The position numbers and the translations under genes are program-made. 64,000 nucleotides of DNA from the human T2T-CHM13v2.0 reference genome, Homo sapiens, in NCBI RefSeq assembly GCF_009914755.1, contig NC_060926.1; one strand, given 5' to 3'. This document shows, in pieces, positions 30,716-44,385 of this stretch; position 1 is the first letter of the stretch, and every line of letters starts with the position of its first letter. Below the pieces are notes generated by a model. The model made no database searches, was not told where the DNA came from, and was given only the letters and a program-made list of their open reading frames with translations.

Positions 30716-31194
30716 GTAAGCACCTGTTGCTGTGGGAAGGTTAATGCCAATGCCTTTGGGACCCAGCCAGTCTGTGCGGGTTAGCAGGGCAGCCTAGATT
30801 CCTCCATCCCCTTTCCCCATCAGGCCTATATGTGCCAACCAAGCAGCCAACCCGATTCTTGGGTCCCAGAGGAAGGCACTAATGTTAAGGGACAGGTGTA
30901 GAAAGTGGGAAGAGAGGCAGAAAGTAGATATTTACTTCATGGATCACTTCAACTCTTGAAGCAGTTACAAAACTTCATCTTCTTTGAAATGCAACAAATA
31001 GAGCCAAAATATGAAACCCCTAGAGATTATACCCAGACTCAACAATATGGCTGCCACTGCACTCTGCGTATGGAAAATAAAACCCCCAATCTTTCTTCCA
31101 AGTTAAAAGAGAATTCAAATGAGGTCAATATTTTGTTTCACTCTTTCACATGTTAACGTGAGACCTAATTTTCATTTTCAGACCACCACAGTAA

Positions 31195-31525
<331 letters not shown>

Positions 31526-32059
31526 CTTTATGCATTTTTGTGGTAGAATTAAAATATGAATACATAAACTAGCAGAATAACCACTTCTGGTCAGTGTCCA
31601 CTTACATCTGTCAATTTAAGTCCAGAACAACTGGACATCCCATCTGATGGTACCCTATCCTAGTTTGTAAACTGTGTAAATTATCCATTACCCATGACTC
31701 CAAAACCAAAAACTCTCCATGAAATTGGGCATATCGAGTGACAGCTTTTACATGTTGGTAATTCTTTGTGGGTGGAAGTTTGAGATTAATTATATAGCAT
31801 GCTTTACAGTGACAAGGAATATTTTAAAATTTTTATTATGAAAATTTCAAATTTACATAGAAGAGTTCAGTGAACTCCACATGCCCTCATCCAGATTCAA
31901 CAGTTATCAAGATCATGCCACGTTTACTTTATCTAGGAACGTAATTTGTTTCTGAGTGTGAAGATCCACAAGTCGAACAGAAGTTGAGTTTTCCATTATT
32001 CCGTATGACTCTGCTAGGGCAAGCAAGGGAGAGAAGAGAGTTGAAGGTGTGCCTTGGAG

Positions 32060-33420
32060 CACCGCAGGTGGTGAGGAGGGTCAGGGCTTCCACGCGGGGT
32101 GATGACAGTCCCTGGCCCGCAGGCCATTTCCCAGAAGCTCAGACAATACCTTCGGGCCTCCGCTCGACGGACTGCCTTGTCCACTCTCCGCCTGGGAACG
32201 GGGGTTCGTGGGAGCGCCTTAGTGGAAGTTTGTGGAGCTCGGGAGGTGGCATGCACAGGCGCCTCGGAGCGCGGCCCCGAGGGGCGCCGGCAGGCGAGAG
32301 GCCTGCACTAACCGGCCGTAAGCACAGCTCTTTTGTACTCTGTTTTCCCCCTAAAGACATCTGATGCCCCCAGTGAAGAAAAGCCAACAGCAGCAAAGCC
32401 TGATGGAGAGCATGCAGCCCGGGAAGCCCAGTGACTGGGAGCTGGAGGGCAGGAAGCACGAGCGGCCCGAGAGCCTTCTGGCACCGACGCAGTTCTGCGC
32501 GGCCGAGCAGGACGTGAAGGCGCTGGCCGGGCCCCTGCAGGCCATCCCGGAGATGGACTTCGAGCCCTCTCCGGCGGAGCCGCTGGGCAACGTGGAGCGC
32601 TCCCTGCGCGCCCCGGCCGAGCTCCTGCCCGATGCCCGCGGCTTCGTGCCCGCGGCCTACGAAGAGTTCGAGTACGGCGGCGAGATCTTCGCGCTGCCCG
32701 CGCCCTACGACGAGGAGCCGTTCCAGGCTCCGGCCCTCTTCGAGAACTGCTCGCCTGCCTCCTCCGAGTCCAGCCTGGACATCTGCTTCCTGCGGCCCGT
32801 CAGCTTCGCCATGGAGGCCGAGCGGCCGGAGCACCCGCTGCAGCCGCTGCCCAAGAGCGCTACGTCGCCGGCGGGCAGCAGCAGCGCCTACAAGCTGGAG
32901 GCGGCGGCGCAGGCGCACGGCAAGGCCAAGCCGCTGAGCCGCTCTCTCAAAGAGTTCCCGCGTGCGCCGCCAGCCGACGGCGTGGCCCCACGCCTCTACA
33001 GCACGCGCAGCAGCAGCGGCGGCCGCGCGCCCATCAAGGCCGAGCGCGCCGCGCAGGCGCACGGCCCGGCCGCCGCCGCCGTCGCCGCCCGCGGCGCATC
33101 CAGGACCTTCTTCCCCCAACAGAGGTCCCAAAGCGAAAAACAGACCTATTTGGAAGTAAGGAGGGTAAAGTAAAACCGAACCGAAACCCACAGCGTCGAC
33201 GGCCCCAGGCCTAGATCTGCAGGAAGCATCCCGAGTTCTCCTAGCGTGGAGAGGAGCGGGGCCGGGCCAGGCTAGGGGGCGGCTGCGCGAGCCGTCGGCG
33301 GGTGGAGGCGGAGGGAGAGCAGGGGCAGCCCCCGCGCCCTGCGAGCTGTAGGCTGCTGGGCCCTGGAAGGCGAGTGGCAGCGCCTGTTCTCCAGTACCGG
33401 GACCCAAAGAGCTTGCCTCA
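32060..33420. promoter_or_regulatory. Intragenic CpG island over the large ARHGEF33 exon
   Basis: Abrupt rise in GC content and CpG density against a CpG-depleted background. Confidence 0.9.
32357..33164 (+). CDS. ARHGEF33: ARHGEF33 large GC-rich coding exon (HLMPPVKKS...QTYLEVRR)
   Basis: ctaaag|A acceptor; ORF 32364..33173; donor AGG|gtaaag at 33164, with an alternative in-frame donor GAA|gtaagg at 33155. Confidence 0.9.
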
Positions 33421-35248
33421 TATGGTACACGAGGGATGGCAGAGGTAGCAGAGAAGCCCGCCACTCTTTAGACCTGATTAACACACACGCATTTAGGGAG
33501 TTATGGGTAATCTCTTCCTGCTTATGTGAAGAGTTGCACTTTTTTCAGAGCCCCGCACGCAGGTCCCGGGCCAGTGTGTTTCTTCTGTCTGTGAGGTGTC
33601 GTTTCTATGTTGAGAATATGGAACACGGTGCGCCAGCCTACTCCACTTCTTCCCGGCAGCATTCTTGCTTGTAGCTAGGGAGGAGGCAAGTTGCCCTAGC
33701 TCAAGGTAGACTCGCTGCGCAATTTGCTGCAAAGCCAGCTTTATTTCTGCTTGCTTTTCTTTTGACTGGAAAAGAGTGTCCTATTAATTTGCAAACTCTA
33801 TTGGGTCAGGGACATCCCAAAATAGAAACCTTCTTTGGCCTCAGTGAATGTTGAGGTATTCTGATGGCCAACCCCTGTGTCTGCGGGTCTACAGGTGTTT
33901 GATATTTTGGTGTCTAATTGTGGTGTCTGCAAGCCTGGAGGGCATTTAAAGAGGTCTTTAAATACTTATCCATGAAGTGCTAATAGTTTCTGAGCAAATA
34001 ATTGCTCTGATCTGATTAAGCAGAGCATAAGTAACATGATAGTTCTGACCTGTGCGACCACCCTTCCGTTCCAACTATTCTCATTTTCGAATGGAAACAG
34101 TGATGACACTGACTTTTCTCATTCATTAATTTTTCAGCAAACACTGAGTTCTTGTCTTGTACCAGGCTCTGTGCTAATTGCTGAAAATTCAGAAATAAAC
34201 CAGTCTCTATCCTCCGGGACCACTGGCTTAGTACAGGAAGGAGACACAGGAACACAGAATTATGTAATAAACTGTGGGAGCACATGGGAGGGATATTTAA
34301 AACCTTTGGGGTCATGGTGGTCAGAGAAGGCCTCCTAGATAAGTTGAATGTCCGAATTAGATTGTAAAAGCTGCCTAGAAGTTGGCTAGGGGAAGAGTGA
34401 GGTAGGGAAGCGTGAGAAAAGCATGGTGATGCCTTTTCTCTGGCATACTGTGCCATGTCAAAGTGGTGGAAATTAGGCCAGAGGAACAGGAAGGGGCGGG
34501 ATCATGAAGAGCCTTGGAGCTTGCTGCCCACCTGCACTCCAGCAGTGAAAGTCTGTGTCTGGTCCCTGCAGAGGACAAAAACATGTAATAGTGTGCTCAG
34601 CTAAAGCTGCTGAGGTTCCCTGGGGTTCTCAGATTTTCCTCTAGCTCTGATTTTCAACCCCAAGCTTTGTAAAATTTGATTAGGCAGAATTTCTTGGAGA
34701 AATCAATCTTAGGCATGTGTCAGAGTTTAGAAGTTTATTGAAAGGGGAAGTAAATGGAAATTATAGTGCCAATTCAGTGTGACTTGGGATAAGCAGAGGT
34801 TTACATACAAAACCTTCTAACTAGTATAGTCTGTACTGTAAAGAACTTTTATTTCGTATGTAATAACAATGTCCTTTTGTAGTTGATTTGTGAAAAATTT
34901 GGGGTTCAACAATTGTAAGGCAAAAACCATTAATCAGAAATATATCTGAGAAGCAAACAATGAGTAATATATTTGTGGCTGTTTACCAGACATACCAAAT
35001 AACAATAACAATGTATCAGGAACCGTTAATTGCACATACTGGCCAGCAAGTTTCATCTCCTAACAGTGTAAGACATGCGTCAAGTCAGTTCAAAATGAGA
35101 TACCAAGGAAATTGCAAATGGAAGTCAGTTAAAAGAGGCATTTTCTCTAGCAATATCATTAAAATTTTCAAGCATGCAAAGTTCCCATTACTTATTTCTG
35201 TTTCTGGACACAATTTTTCTTTCTAAAAACTTAAAAGGCCCTGGTTGT

Positions 35249-35557
35249 GGCCGGGTGCGGTGGCTCACGCCCGTAATCCTAGCACTTTGGGAGGCCGAGG
35301 TGGGCGGATCATGAGGTCAGGAGATCAAGACCATCCTGGTTAACACGGTGAAACCCCGTCTCTACAAAAAAAAAAAAAAAAAAAAAAAAAAATTAGCCGG
35401 GCATGGTGGTGAGCACCTGTAGTCCCAGCTACTCAGGAGGCTGAGGCGAGACAATGGCGTGAACCCGGGAGGTGGAGCTTGCAGGGAGCCGAGATCGCAT
35501 CACTGCACTCCAGCCTGGGAGAAAGTGTGAGACTCTGTCTCAAAAAAAAAAAAAAAA
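35249..35557 (+). mobile_element. Alu (AluY-like) with an expanded middle A-tract
   Basis: AluY-type diagnostics (accatcctgg.taacacggtgaaac, tggcgtgaacccggga); TSD aaaaggccctggtt. Confidence 0.92.
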
Positions 35558-36351
35558 GGCCCTGGTTATTAGAAGTCCTAGAGAGAGGTAGCATGCAGAG
35601 TGCAGGTGGGCAGAGACCATGTGGGTATACATATGTGCATGGGCATGTATGTGCACGTCTGCATGTCTAAGTATATATATGCATGTTTGTGTGTGTTGGA
35701 GGTGATGGTGGAATGGTGTTTTAGTTGCAAAAGATAAACCCCTTAAAAGCTCTATCCTTAAAGGTATCAACTCTTTGCTTTTGAGATGTGCAAAACTCCT
35801 AGTGTTTCTTCCCTTTAAATACTCTGTATATCTTTCACCCAGCCCAGCAGAGCTAGCCGAGACCTAGTCTTTAGTGTTTTGTCTCTTTTAGAGTCAAGAA
35901 AGAAGATGGTATGCTCTAGTGAGAACACGTGACTGTCAGGAGCTCTAGGTTCTAGTCCTGGCTCTGCTGCACAGTAGCTGTGTGCTTTTGGACAAGTCAC
36001 TTGGCTTCTCTGTGCCTCCAGTTGTCTCAAAATAAAACAACCTATCTCACAGGGTTGTTGGGAGGATCAGGCCAAAGAAGATACAATTTTTGAGTAGGCT
36101 TTATAAAGTATGAAATGCTATTGAGATCATGGTTCCATAGAACGATTTTCCTTAAACCATTAATAGATTTAGTCACTAAATAGTCTCTAAAAGCCCATTT
36201 CTCAAAATATGGGGGTATTAGCAAATGCATTGCCTGGGAACTTGTTATAGATGCAGAATTTGCACCCCAGACCTACTGAATCAGAATTTAGGATCATTCG
36301 CGGTGATTGATATAAACATTAAGTGTAGGTGGGCAGAAGTATGCCTTAAGT

Positions 36352-37302
36352 CAGTGGTCCCCGACTTTTTTGGCACCAGGGACCAGTTTTGGGAAAGGCA
36401 ATTTTTCCACAGACTGCGGAGGGGGAGGTGGTTTTGAGATGATTCAAGTGCGTTACAATTTATTGTGTACTTTATTTCTGTTATTATTACGTTGTAATAT
36501 ATAATGAAATAATTATACAACTCACCATAATCTAGGATCAGTGGGAGCCCTGAGTTTGTTTTCCTGCAACTAGACGGTCCCATCTGGGGGTGATGGGTGA
36601 GAGTGACACCTGAAGTGTGTCACTTATGTCCAATCTACTCTGTAATCTCATTTTGGTTGCTGTCACTGCAGAAAACCCTGCTTCACAAAGATGGGATGCT
36701 GGAAATGGAAGCAGGCTTTTCAGTGCTTTGTGGCAGTCTCATGATATTCTGCCTTGACTTTAATCCAGAACGTATGGAGATTTGAAATTATCTCAAACCT
36801 ACTTTTAAGGCCACCAGATGCAGCTGTACCATTGAAGTTCATCAACTCACTTGCAACTGTAAAGACTGCCACCAGATGCAGCTTAATTGTCACTTGCCAC
36901 TTACTGATAGGGTTTTGATATGAGTCTGCAAGCAATTGATTTATTATGGTCTCTGTGCAGTCTAACCTCTCTGCTAATGTTAATCTGTATTTGCAGCCAC
37001 TCCCCAGCATTAGCATCATTGTCTCAGCTCCACCTCAGATCATCAGGCATTAGATTCTCACAAGGAGTGCGCATCCTAGATCCCTTGCATGTGCATTTCA
37101 CAATAGGGTTTGTGCACCTATGAAAATCTAATGCCACTGCTGATCTGACAGAAGGTGGAGCTCAGGTAGTAATGCAGGCAATGGGGAGCGGCTATAAATA
37201 CAGATGAAGCTTCGCTTGCTCACCCACCCCACTGCTCACCTTCTGCTGTGTGGCCCAGTTCCTAACAGGTCACAGACTAGTACTGGGAGTTGGGGAACCC
37301 TC
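36352..37302 (+). mobile_element. hAT DNA transposon, MER1A/Charlie3 derivative, between MER5-like fragments
   Basis: CAGTGGTCCCC...GGGGAACCCTC terminal inverted repeats, 8-bp TSD ccttaagt/ccttaaat, MER1A-type ends plus extra internal sequence. Confidence 0.82.
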
Positions 37303-38522
37303 CCTTAAATCATTCGTTTTCAAATCTAAGTGTGCGTAAGGATTACCTAGGCCTAACTGCAGAGATTCTGATTCACAAAGTCTGGGATGGGGCTCAAGAA
37401 GCTACATTTTAAATAAAGGCCCAACCTGATCCTGTAGTCACAGGACCGCACTTTAAGAAACACTGCATGTCTAGCTCCATGGTCTAGTTATGAATCTTAG
37501 TAGAATCTCAGAGAATTTCTGTATCTGCAACCCCCAGTTCTCAAAGTCAGACCCATATGTTTCCCGAAAAAAAAAAAAATCCACCCTAACACTTTGCTTC
37601 TCTGTCAGCAAGCAGTCACCTATCTAATTCATGAGACTTTTAGGGCATCATTGGTGTGGTTTTTGCTTTGACTTCTTGGGGTTCTCTAAAGGTTATTCAA
37701 AATTCAGCAGCTGTTTTTAAAGTTGCTCTTAAATTATAGTCACCTCAAGGTAAATACTTTGTTCGTATGGAATATAAACATGTATATAAGTGCATATCTG
37801 GCTTGTATGCATATAAATATACATGCACTTCTATTTAGCACATCTCACACTTAGAAAAAACTAGAGAGGTCACAAAAGATACAGCCTTATTTTTAACTTA
37901 TTTTACTTTATACTCCAAATAGCATGGGTTAAGAATTGTAAAAACTGTATTACAGGCATATTTTCAGGTTGAAAGTATTAGTTGACATTTACTTCTAAAC
38001 AGGTCTGACTTCTCAAAAATGCCTTCCCTCGATTATGCTTAAAATGGAGAGTTAGGAACATGAGTTTAAAACTAGCATTACAAGTAAGGAACATCCTTAT
38101 TTTGTAGAAAGAGAAACACCTGGAGATAAGAGGGGACTGCTACTGGTTTTCTAGCACGACAGTGTTGGTGTCAAAATAATAATTTATTCACTCGTGGAGG
38201 ACGTTCTTGCAGTCTTCTTTTAAAGTCCACTTTTTAAACATTAGCTAATGTTCTTTATTTCCTTATCTTTAATTATTGTTATATATTACACTAGACTATT
38301 TGCCTTGATACATAGAAAATACTACACTCAGCAGGAAATTATCCTCTTTTCGCCTGCTGGTTTCTTCATTAGCCTAGGTTTGCTTTAGTTGGGATTGGGT
38401 GCCCACTGGTAGTCTTTTGGCATGGGAGAGGAAAGTCACAACACCACAAAATTGTCCCATAGTCAGGATCCATAATAACATTGGAAGGAGTAAAGAAAAA
38501 AATCCCTCTTTTTTGTTTCCAG

Positions 38523-38662
38523 GAGATGCATTTAGAAGATACTACCAGATTCTGTCCCAAAGAAGAAAGAGAAAGTGAACAAACATCTTTCAGCGATCAA
38601 AATCCCAGGCAAGACCAGAAGGGGGGCTTTCGCAGCTCCTTCCGCAAGCTCTTTAAAAAGAA
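38523..38662 (+). CDS. ARHGEF33: ARHGEF33 coding exon (EMHLEDTTRF...FRSSFRKLFKKK)
   Basis: tttccag|GAG acceptor, AA|gtgagt donor, 140 nt. Confidence 0.92.
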
Positions 38663-40093
38663 GTGAGTAGCCCTTAGACAAGACAGCATTGTAACTCATT
38701 TCCCTTTGGGCTAAATCTTGAGGTTTTAACAATAATAAGTATCAAGTAGCCTGGTCTCACACAACTGCTTCAAGTACAGTGCCTGCACCCAGTAGCCACA
38801 GTTCCGGCGGGGTGAAGATGTTTCTCATTGTAATATCCCAGAGTAGAAGCAAACTCAGCTCTCTGCCCTGCCTCTTCTGTCTTTTATCCCTCCTTCCTTG
38901 TTCCCAAAGTCATGTGTCTTGAGAGGAGTGGGCAGAGGTGGTTCCCTTGAGAAATGAGCTGGTGACAGTCAAAGCCCTTTTAGACTGGGAGGAGTGGGAT
39001 CCACTATTGGGGTTGGGTGTCATGGGTGCTCCATCAGATCTCCCCATCTGTGGAAAGTTTTCTAAGGGATCTCAGCGCTTCTGCATTTAGGGGCCTGTTG
39101 TCATCCTGGGTGCCAATTCATGTTTATTAGGACTTCTGTTAGTGCTTTCCCTGAATGAGTGGATTTGGCTTGGCCCTAGTTAGAAATCACTTTAATGGAG
39201 TTTCTGTATTCCATAGGAGGCAAAAATAAGGCATTTTCCTCCTGTGGTCCTTCTGAGATTCTAAGTCGTTGTTGTGTAAAACATCACCCACAGGCATTTT
39301 GGTCAGCACTGTCTTACAGTCTGGGAGGCAGTGGCCAAACCCCAGCATAAAATGTAAGGAAGAGAGAGGTGAGCATTAGCATTTGACTGTAGAGGGATCT
39401 GCCAGTCCAGCCACTGCCTGCCTGAGAGACTGCTGTTTCAATCTCCACTGGCTCAGCCTACCTCCCTCTCCCTTAGAGAGATTTTTCCTGCTGCTTAGTT
39501 ACTCTTGGTGGAGGATGTTCTTGCAGTCAGTTTTAAATAACAAGTCTTCATATTTTAGTAGATGGAAAAGTTAAACAGAGGCATTATTGCTGCCTTTGGA
39601 GAGTTGCCAATAAGTGAGGAAGCACAGGGAAATCACCTTTTCCTTGAAGGTCGAGGTCACTGGCTGATTTAGACTGTGGTCCTCATGGAGGAATTGGGGG
39701 CAACCCTGGAGTGAGGACTTTGTTTTTGCTGGTTTGTCTAATTGTAATTATCCTCCTGTGGGGAGGGTGGTACTGAGATTAGTGGGCCTCTGACTGTTGG
39801 TCTCTCCCTGTTGTTACTGGAGAAGGGGGAAGAGGAAGGAAGAGCGACAGCTCTGCATGTAGCCATAGCCCTGCATTCTCTCTCAGTTTTGCTAAGGAAC
39901 CCAGTGCATGCTTGCATGCTGCTTTGCTGGATCCTCAACCCACCTTACTCAGGATTTGAAGAGTTGAGAATTGTATTCCTCTTTCTAGGATCATATAGAC
40001 TTAGATCTTTCTTGACCCAGCGCCAACATCTGTCAAGTTGACAGGGGTGGGAGAACCTGGAAACAGACACCTCTCCAGCCCACCCTGATTTAG

Positions 40094-40396
<303 letters not shown>

Positions 40397-40451
40397 AGAC
40401 TCCTGAATCCTTCTAAGGACTGCAAAATCCTAAGGGCACAGCTTGAGCCTA

Positions 40452-40484
<33 letters not shown>

Positions 40485-41052
40485 CACAGTATTCCCACAA
40501 CAAACAGCCATTTTTTGCCCACTGTCATTTATAATGACTGGGTGCTGTCTATTGGAAAACAATGAGCAATAGATTCACCACTGGTCCCTTTACTAATTCC
40601 TATTTATCAGAGAGATGTAAGAAAATGTTTTGCCAGTGACATGAGGCAGAGGGAGTGGATTTGTCCTCTCTGGATTCAGAGGGCAGAACTAGGAGCAGTG
40701 GCTAAGAGGAAGAATTTCCTAAAAATGCAGCTGCGTGGAACTGGAGCTGGCTGCGTCATGAAGGAATGGATTCATGGGATGCCTCTGGTCAGGGATGCTA
40801 TGAAAGTGGTGCCTGCATGGAGTGGGAGATTGTTTAAAAAATCACCAGAGTCCTTTCTAGTGTGGAGATTTGCTTTATCTGTAGTTTGACTTTGTTGTAG
40901 CTTGATCTGAGTAATCACATCTTTATATCACCTGAAACAAGAAATTAATGAAGCCTTGGGACCCATAATTTTGAAGCCCTAGCATGTAGAAGACCAGGTT
41001 TTATCTTTCTGTAGCTCCCCACTGACCTTGGTATAATGTAGAGGACTTGCTA

Positions 41053-41271
41053 TGGGCTCTCCAAGTTCATGTTGGTTAATTGCTGTCAGTCCTCTTGTGG
41101 CTGTTCGGGATTCTCCTTAGATAAAGAGCCAGTGGATTCCCTTAGTCCTCTTGTCCTTTCTCATAGATCAGTCCCTCCTGCATCAATCATGTTGCCACCA
41201 CCAATACTGGTGCTGTCCTTTGTATTTAAAATCCGAAGTGTTGTCTGAGTGGAAGTAAAGGTGGAGCCACA
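41053..41271 (+). repeat. Copy 1 of a dispersed direct duplication of about 219 bp
   Basis: About 91% identical to 43299-43516 by manual alignment. Confidence 0.93.
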
Positions 41272-43298
41272 AAGAAGACTGTCTGTCTGGCAGGATTTCC
41301 TGGCTTTTTAGATCTGGCCTAGGGCAGTCAGTACCATCAGGTGCTTAGGGTGCTGCAGTGGGCACTTTGGAGACTTTGCATGGGTTGAAGAGGCAGCTTA
41401 AGTAGCGTTTTCTGAGTGTTTTCATATGAGGACCATGGAAAATTTGCTCCATTATAAGGTAGAGAGGAAGGTCAGGGAGGCCCCAGTGTAGCACAGGAAG
41501 GGCAGTGGCTTTTAACTCAGATGAGAACACACCATTCTTCTCATCAATTAAGCATTCAATCTTACATGCATGCACTATGCAAGACACTTGTATAGGAACC
41601 ATGAGCGACATAGTCCCAGCCATTACACAGGAACTTGCACTCTGAAGTCAGGCCTGTGGACAGGTATAGGAAGGAACCAGAAGAGACATTCAGCCCATTT
41701 TCCTCCTGCGTGTCAGGAGGTCAGGCTGGCAGCAAGCCCTGGGACTTTAAGAAGTGGCCAATCCTGAGTACTGGAACCATTGCAGAGCCTGGCCTCACAG
41801 GTCCAAATGGGCCAGTGCCAGCAAAGCCACTTGTGTCATGTCTGGGGCTTGCTACCTTCCTCCCCCACAGCCCTCTGGAGGCTTATTCCTGTCTACACTG
41901 ACACACTTTTTGTTCCATAGGGGCTTGTTTGGCTGGTGGCCCCACACACCCAGAATGCTGCTTCGGGATGAAGCTAGGCATGGAGCCAGATGCAGCAGAA
42001 AACCTGAGAAAGGGTTCTCTTCCCTCTGAGGCTGGGAGGGCCGAAGGCTCATACCCACAAGGATTCAAAAGGGAGAGTCAAGTTGACATCATTAAAAAAA
42101 TCCTGAAAAATGCCCAAAATATTTGGGGAAAAGAATGACCTTCTGATTGTTTCCATCTCAGGCACATTTGTCCTGGGCAGACACAAGGTCACATGTCCCT
42201 GAAAGGTATCCATAATTGATCAGAATAAAGGCTACATATCTTAAAGTTTGGAAATGTTAAGTGATTTTACACATTTTAAATGAGGATTCTTAGAGGGAAC
42301 AGACTTACTGTGGTAGGCTGATGTTAGCTAGACCAATACTTATTCCCCTGCCTTTGAGCAGGATGGAAGGCAAACTGTCCCATTCTAGAAGGATCTATAC
42401 AGAGGCTGTCAAAGACTTAAACCTAGATTATTGTGAAGTCTGAGGCAAATGATACTTCATCTTAATATATACATCTTGCAACACTTAATGTTAACGCGTA
42501 TTCTTGATGGCAGATGTGGCAGTGGGGAAGAGGATCACGTGAGATAACTTAGGAGTAGGGAATGTAGATGGTACTCTCTCTTTTTATCCTTAAATTTTGG
42601 GATAGTGGAAGATAAGGAATATGGCTTCCAAATGATTAATTCTACTTCCTCGCTCATTCTCTTCCTCTTTAGCACTTTAAAATTTACATGTGTCAGAGTG
42701 TCTCCCTTCTCATCATCACCCTCCATTAATCCCATCACTGTCTATTTTCTTAATCACACACAGAGAGAGTACTTCTACAGGGCCCCGTATGTAATCATTT
42801 TATCTCAGTGAATCCTCTTCTTTTGGTGTCTTCCCAGCAGTTTTTGTATATGCCCAGCTTCAGCTGTTGAACAGACCATGTAATAGAAAGCAGGGCTGCT
42901 AAAGAATCCATTGATAACTTTATCTCACCTATTCTGTCTCCTTAAAGCTCATTTCAAGTCCCTCTCCCACTCTTACCCACTTTGGGGTTCTCTCTCATTT
43001 TCCATTTCATTTCCTATATAACTTGAACATTAAAGGGGATAATTGAAGGGGTAAACATTTTAGATTACTTAACCTTAATTACAAATGTTTCTCAATAAGC
43101 CATTTGAAATCAACCATTCAATTAAGTGTCTTCAATGTACTAGGTTCTGTCCAGCACAAAAGATGTAAGAGAAATAGTTCCTGCCCATTAGGAGCTTACA
43201 GATCAATTTAAGGATAACCTAACTATTGATACAAGGTATAGTACGTAGCACATAGTAGGCACTCAACAAATATTTATTAAATGAATGCTCATTTCCTT

Positions 43299-43516
43299 TG
43301 GGCTCTCCAAACTCATGTTGGTTAATTGCTGTCAGTCCTCTTGCAGCTGTTTGGAATTCTCCTTAGGTAAAGGGCCAGTGGATGCCCTTAGTCCTCTTGT
43401 CCTTTCTCATGTATCAGTCCCTCCTCCATCAATCAGATTGCCTCCACGATACTGGTGCTGTCCTTTGTATTTAAAATCTGAAGTGTTGTCTGAGTGGAAG
43501 TAAAGGTGGAGTCACA
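43299..43516 (+). repeat. Copy 2 of the dispersed direct duplication of about 219 bp
   Basis: See 41053-41271. Confidence 0.93.
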
Positions 43517-44385
43517 CAGGGCTGTTGCTTTGATTACCAGGGCTGACTGACTGGCCAACAGGATGGGTGTTTCCTTGCCCCTTTACTTCTTGAGACAGAT
43601 GCATGTCTCCTAAAGCTTTCAAGGAGGATAGTCTTTCCAATCAGAGAACCAAGCCTTCTTAAATCAGAGGTTTTTGCAGCACTGGATTCAACTACCCCCA
43701 TCCCCAGCTCCAAACAAAAGGTTTATTTATAGCAAATCTAGACTTGGTATGACCTACTGAATTTGCTATTTTCTTTGTCACTTGAGTGAAAGGAAAAGTT
43801 AGCAACAGGTCTGTTGTCTTTTCCTCTTTCCATCAAATACTTGGATGGTTATGTGTCAGTATGTCCTGGCAGCCATGGTACCCTTCCCCAGCGAGTGTTT
43901 GCCTGTCCCTACAATGTCTGCTCAGATGTGCCCTGCAGTCGGCCACGGTGGCTCCAGGAGCTCAAAAGCCATTTTTGTTTTATAGAGAAAGGGAATAAAA
44001 GCAAATCTGCTGGCCTTTTCTCCTTGATCCTGCAGGTTATTTCCTAGTAATTTAGGTATGCAAGGTATGCACTACTTCAGAGCCTAATGGCCACACCTTT
44101 GGAAGAGTCCAGGTGGCCACGTATATGTAAGCGTTATAAAGAGGTCAGTTAAAATGGTCTTTACAAGGATGAAAATGAGCTTTTAGTCATGGCTATAGTA
44201 GAATGCTGGATTTTGAAAAGGATGAGCAATTTAGCTGTTAGTTTAATTAATATCAAGAAATGCAGAGAAATTCAGACATTGGAGACATAGGGAAGGTACA
44301 ATTTGTGAGAAGAGCAGTTAAAAAAATTTAAGCTGAGTTTGTGGACTTTGAAAACTAGACAGGGCGATTTTGGCATTTGTTTCAG

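Larger units (their letters stand above)
31810..33464 (-). ncRNA. Putative antisense transcript from the CpG island (I recall an antisense locus LOC375196 here); 5' end uncertain
   Basis: CpG island, long antisense open frame and a minus-strand AATAAA at 31832-31837; the locus name is from memory, not verified. Confidence 0.45.

Noticed and set aside
32139-33464. 441-aa antisense ORF as a bona fide protein-coding gene
   Set aside because: GTG start, no early ATG, and in codon register with a GC3-rich exon, which explains the lack of stops; kept only as a possible antisense RNA
36810-36885. Direct repeat gccaccagatgcagct as CTCF sites or an array
   Set aside because: Internal to the hAT element, only two copies, and mismatched to the CTCF core
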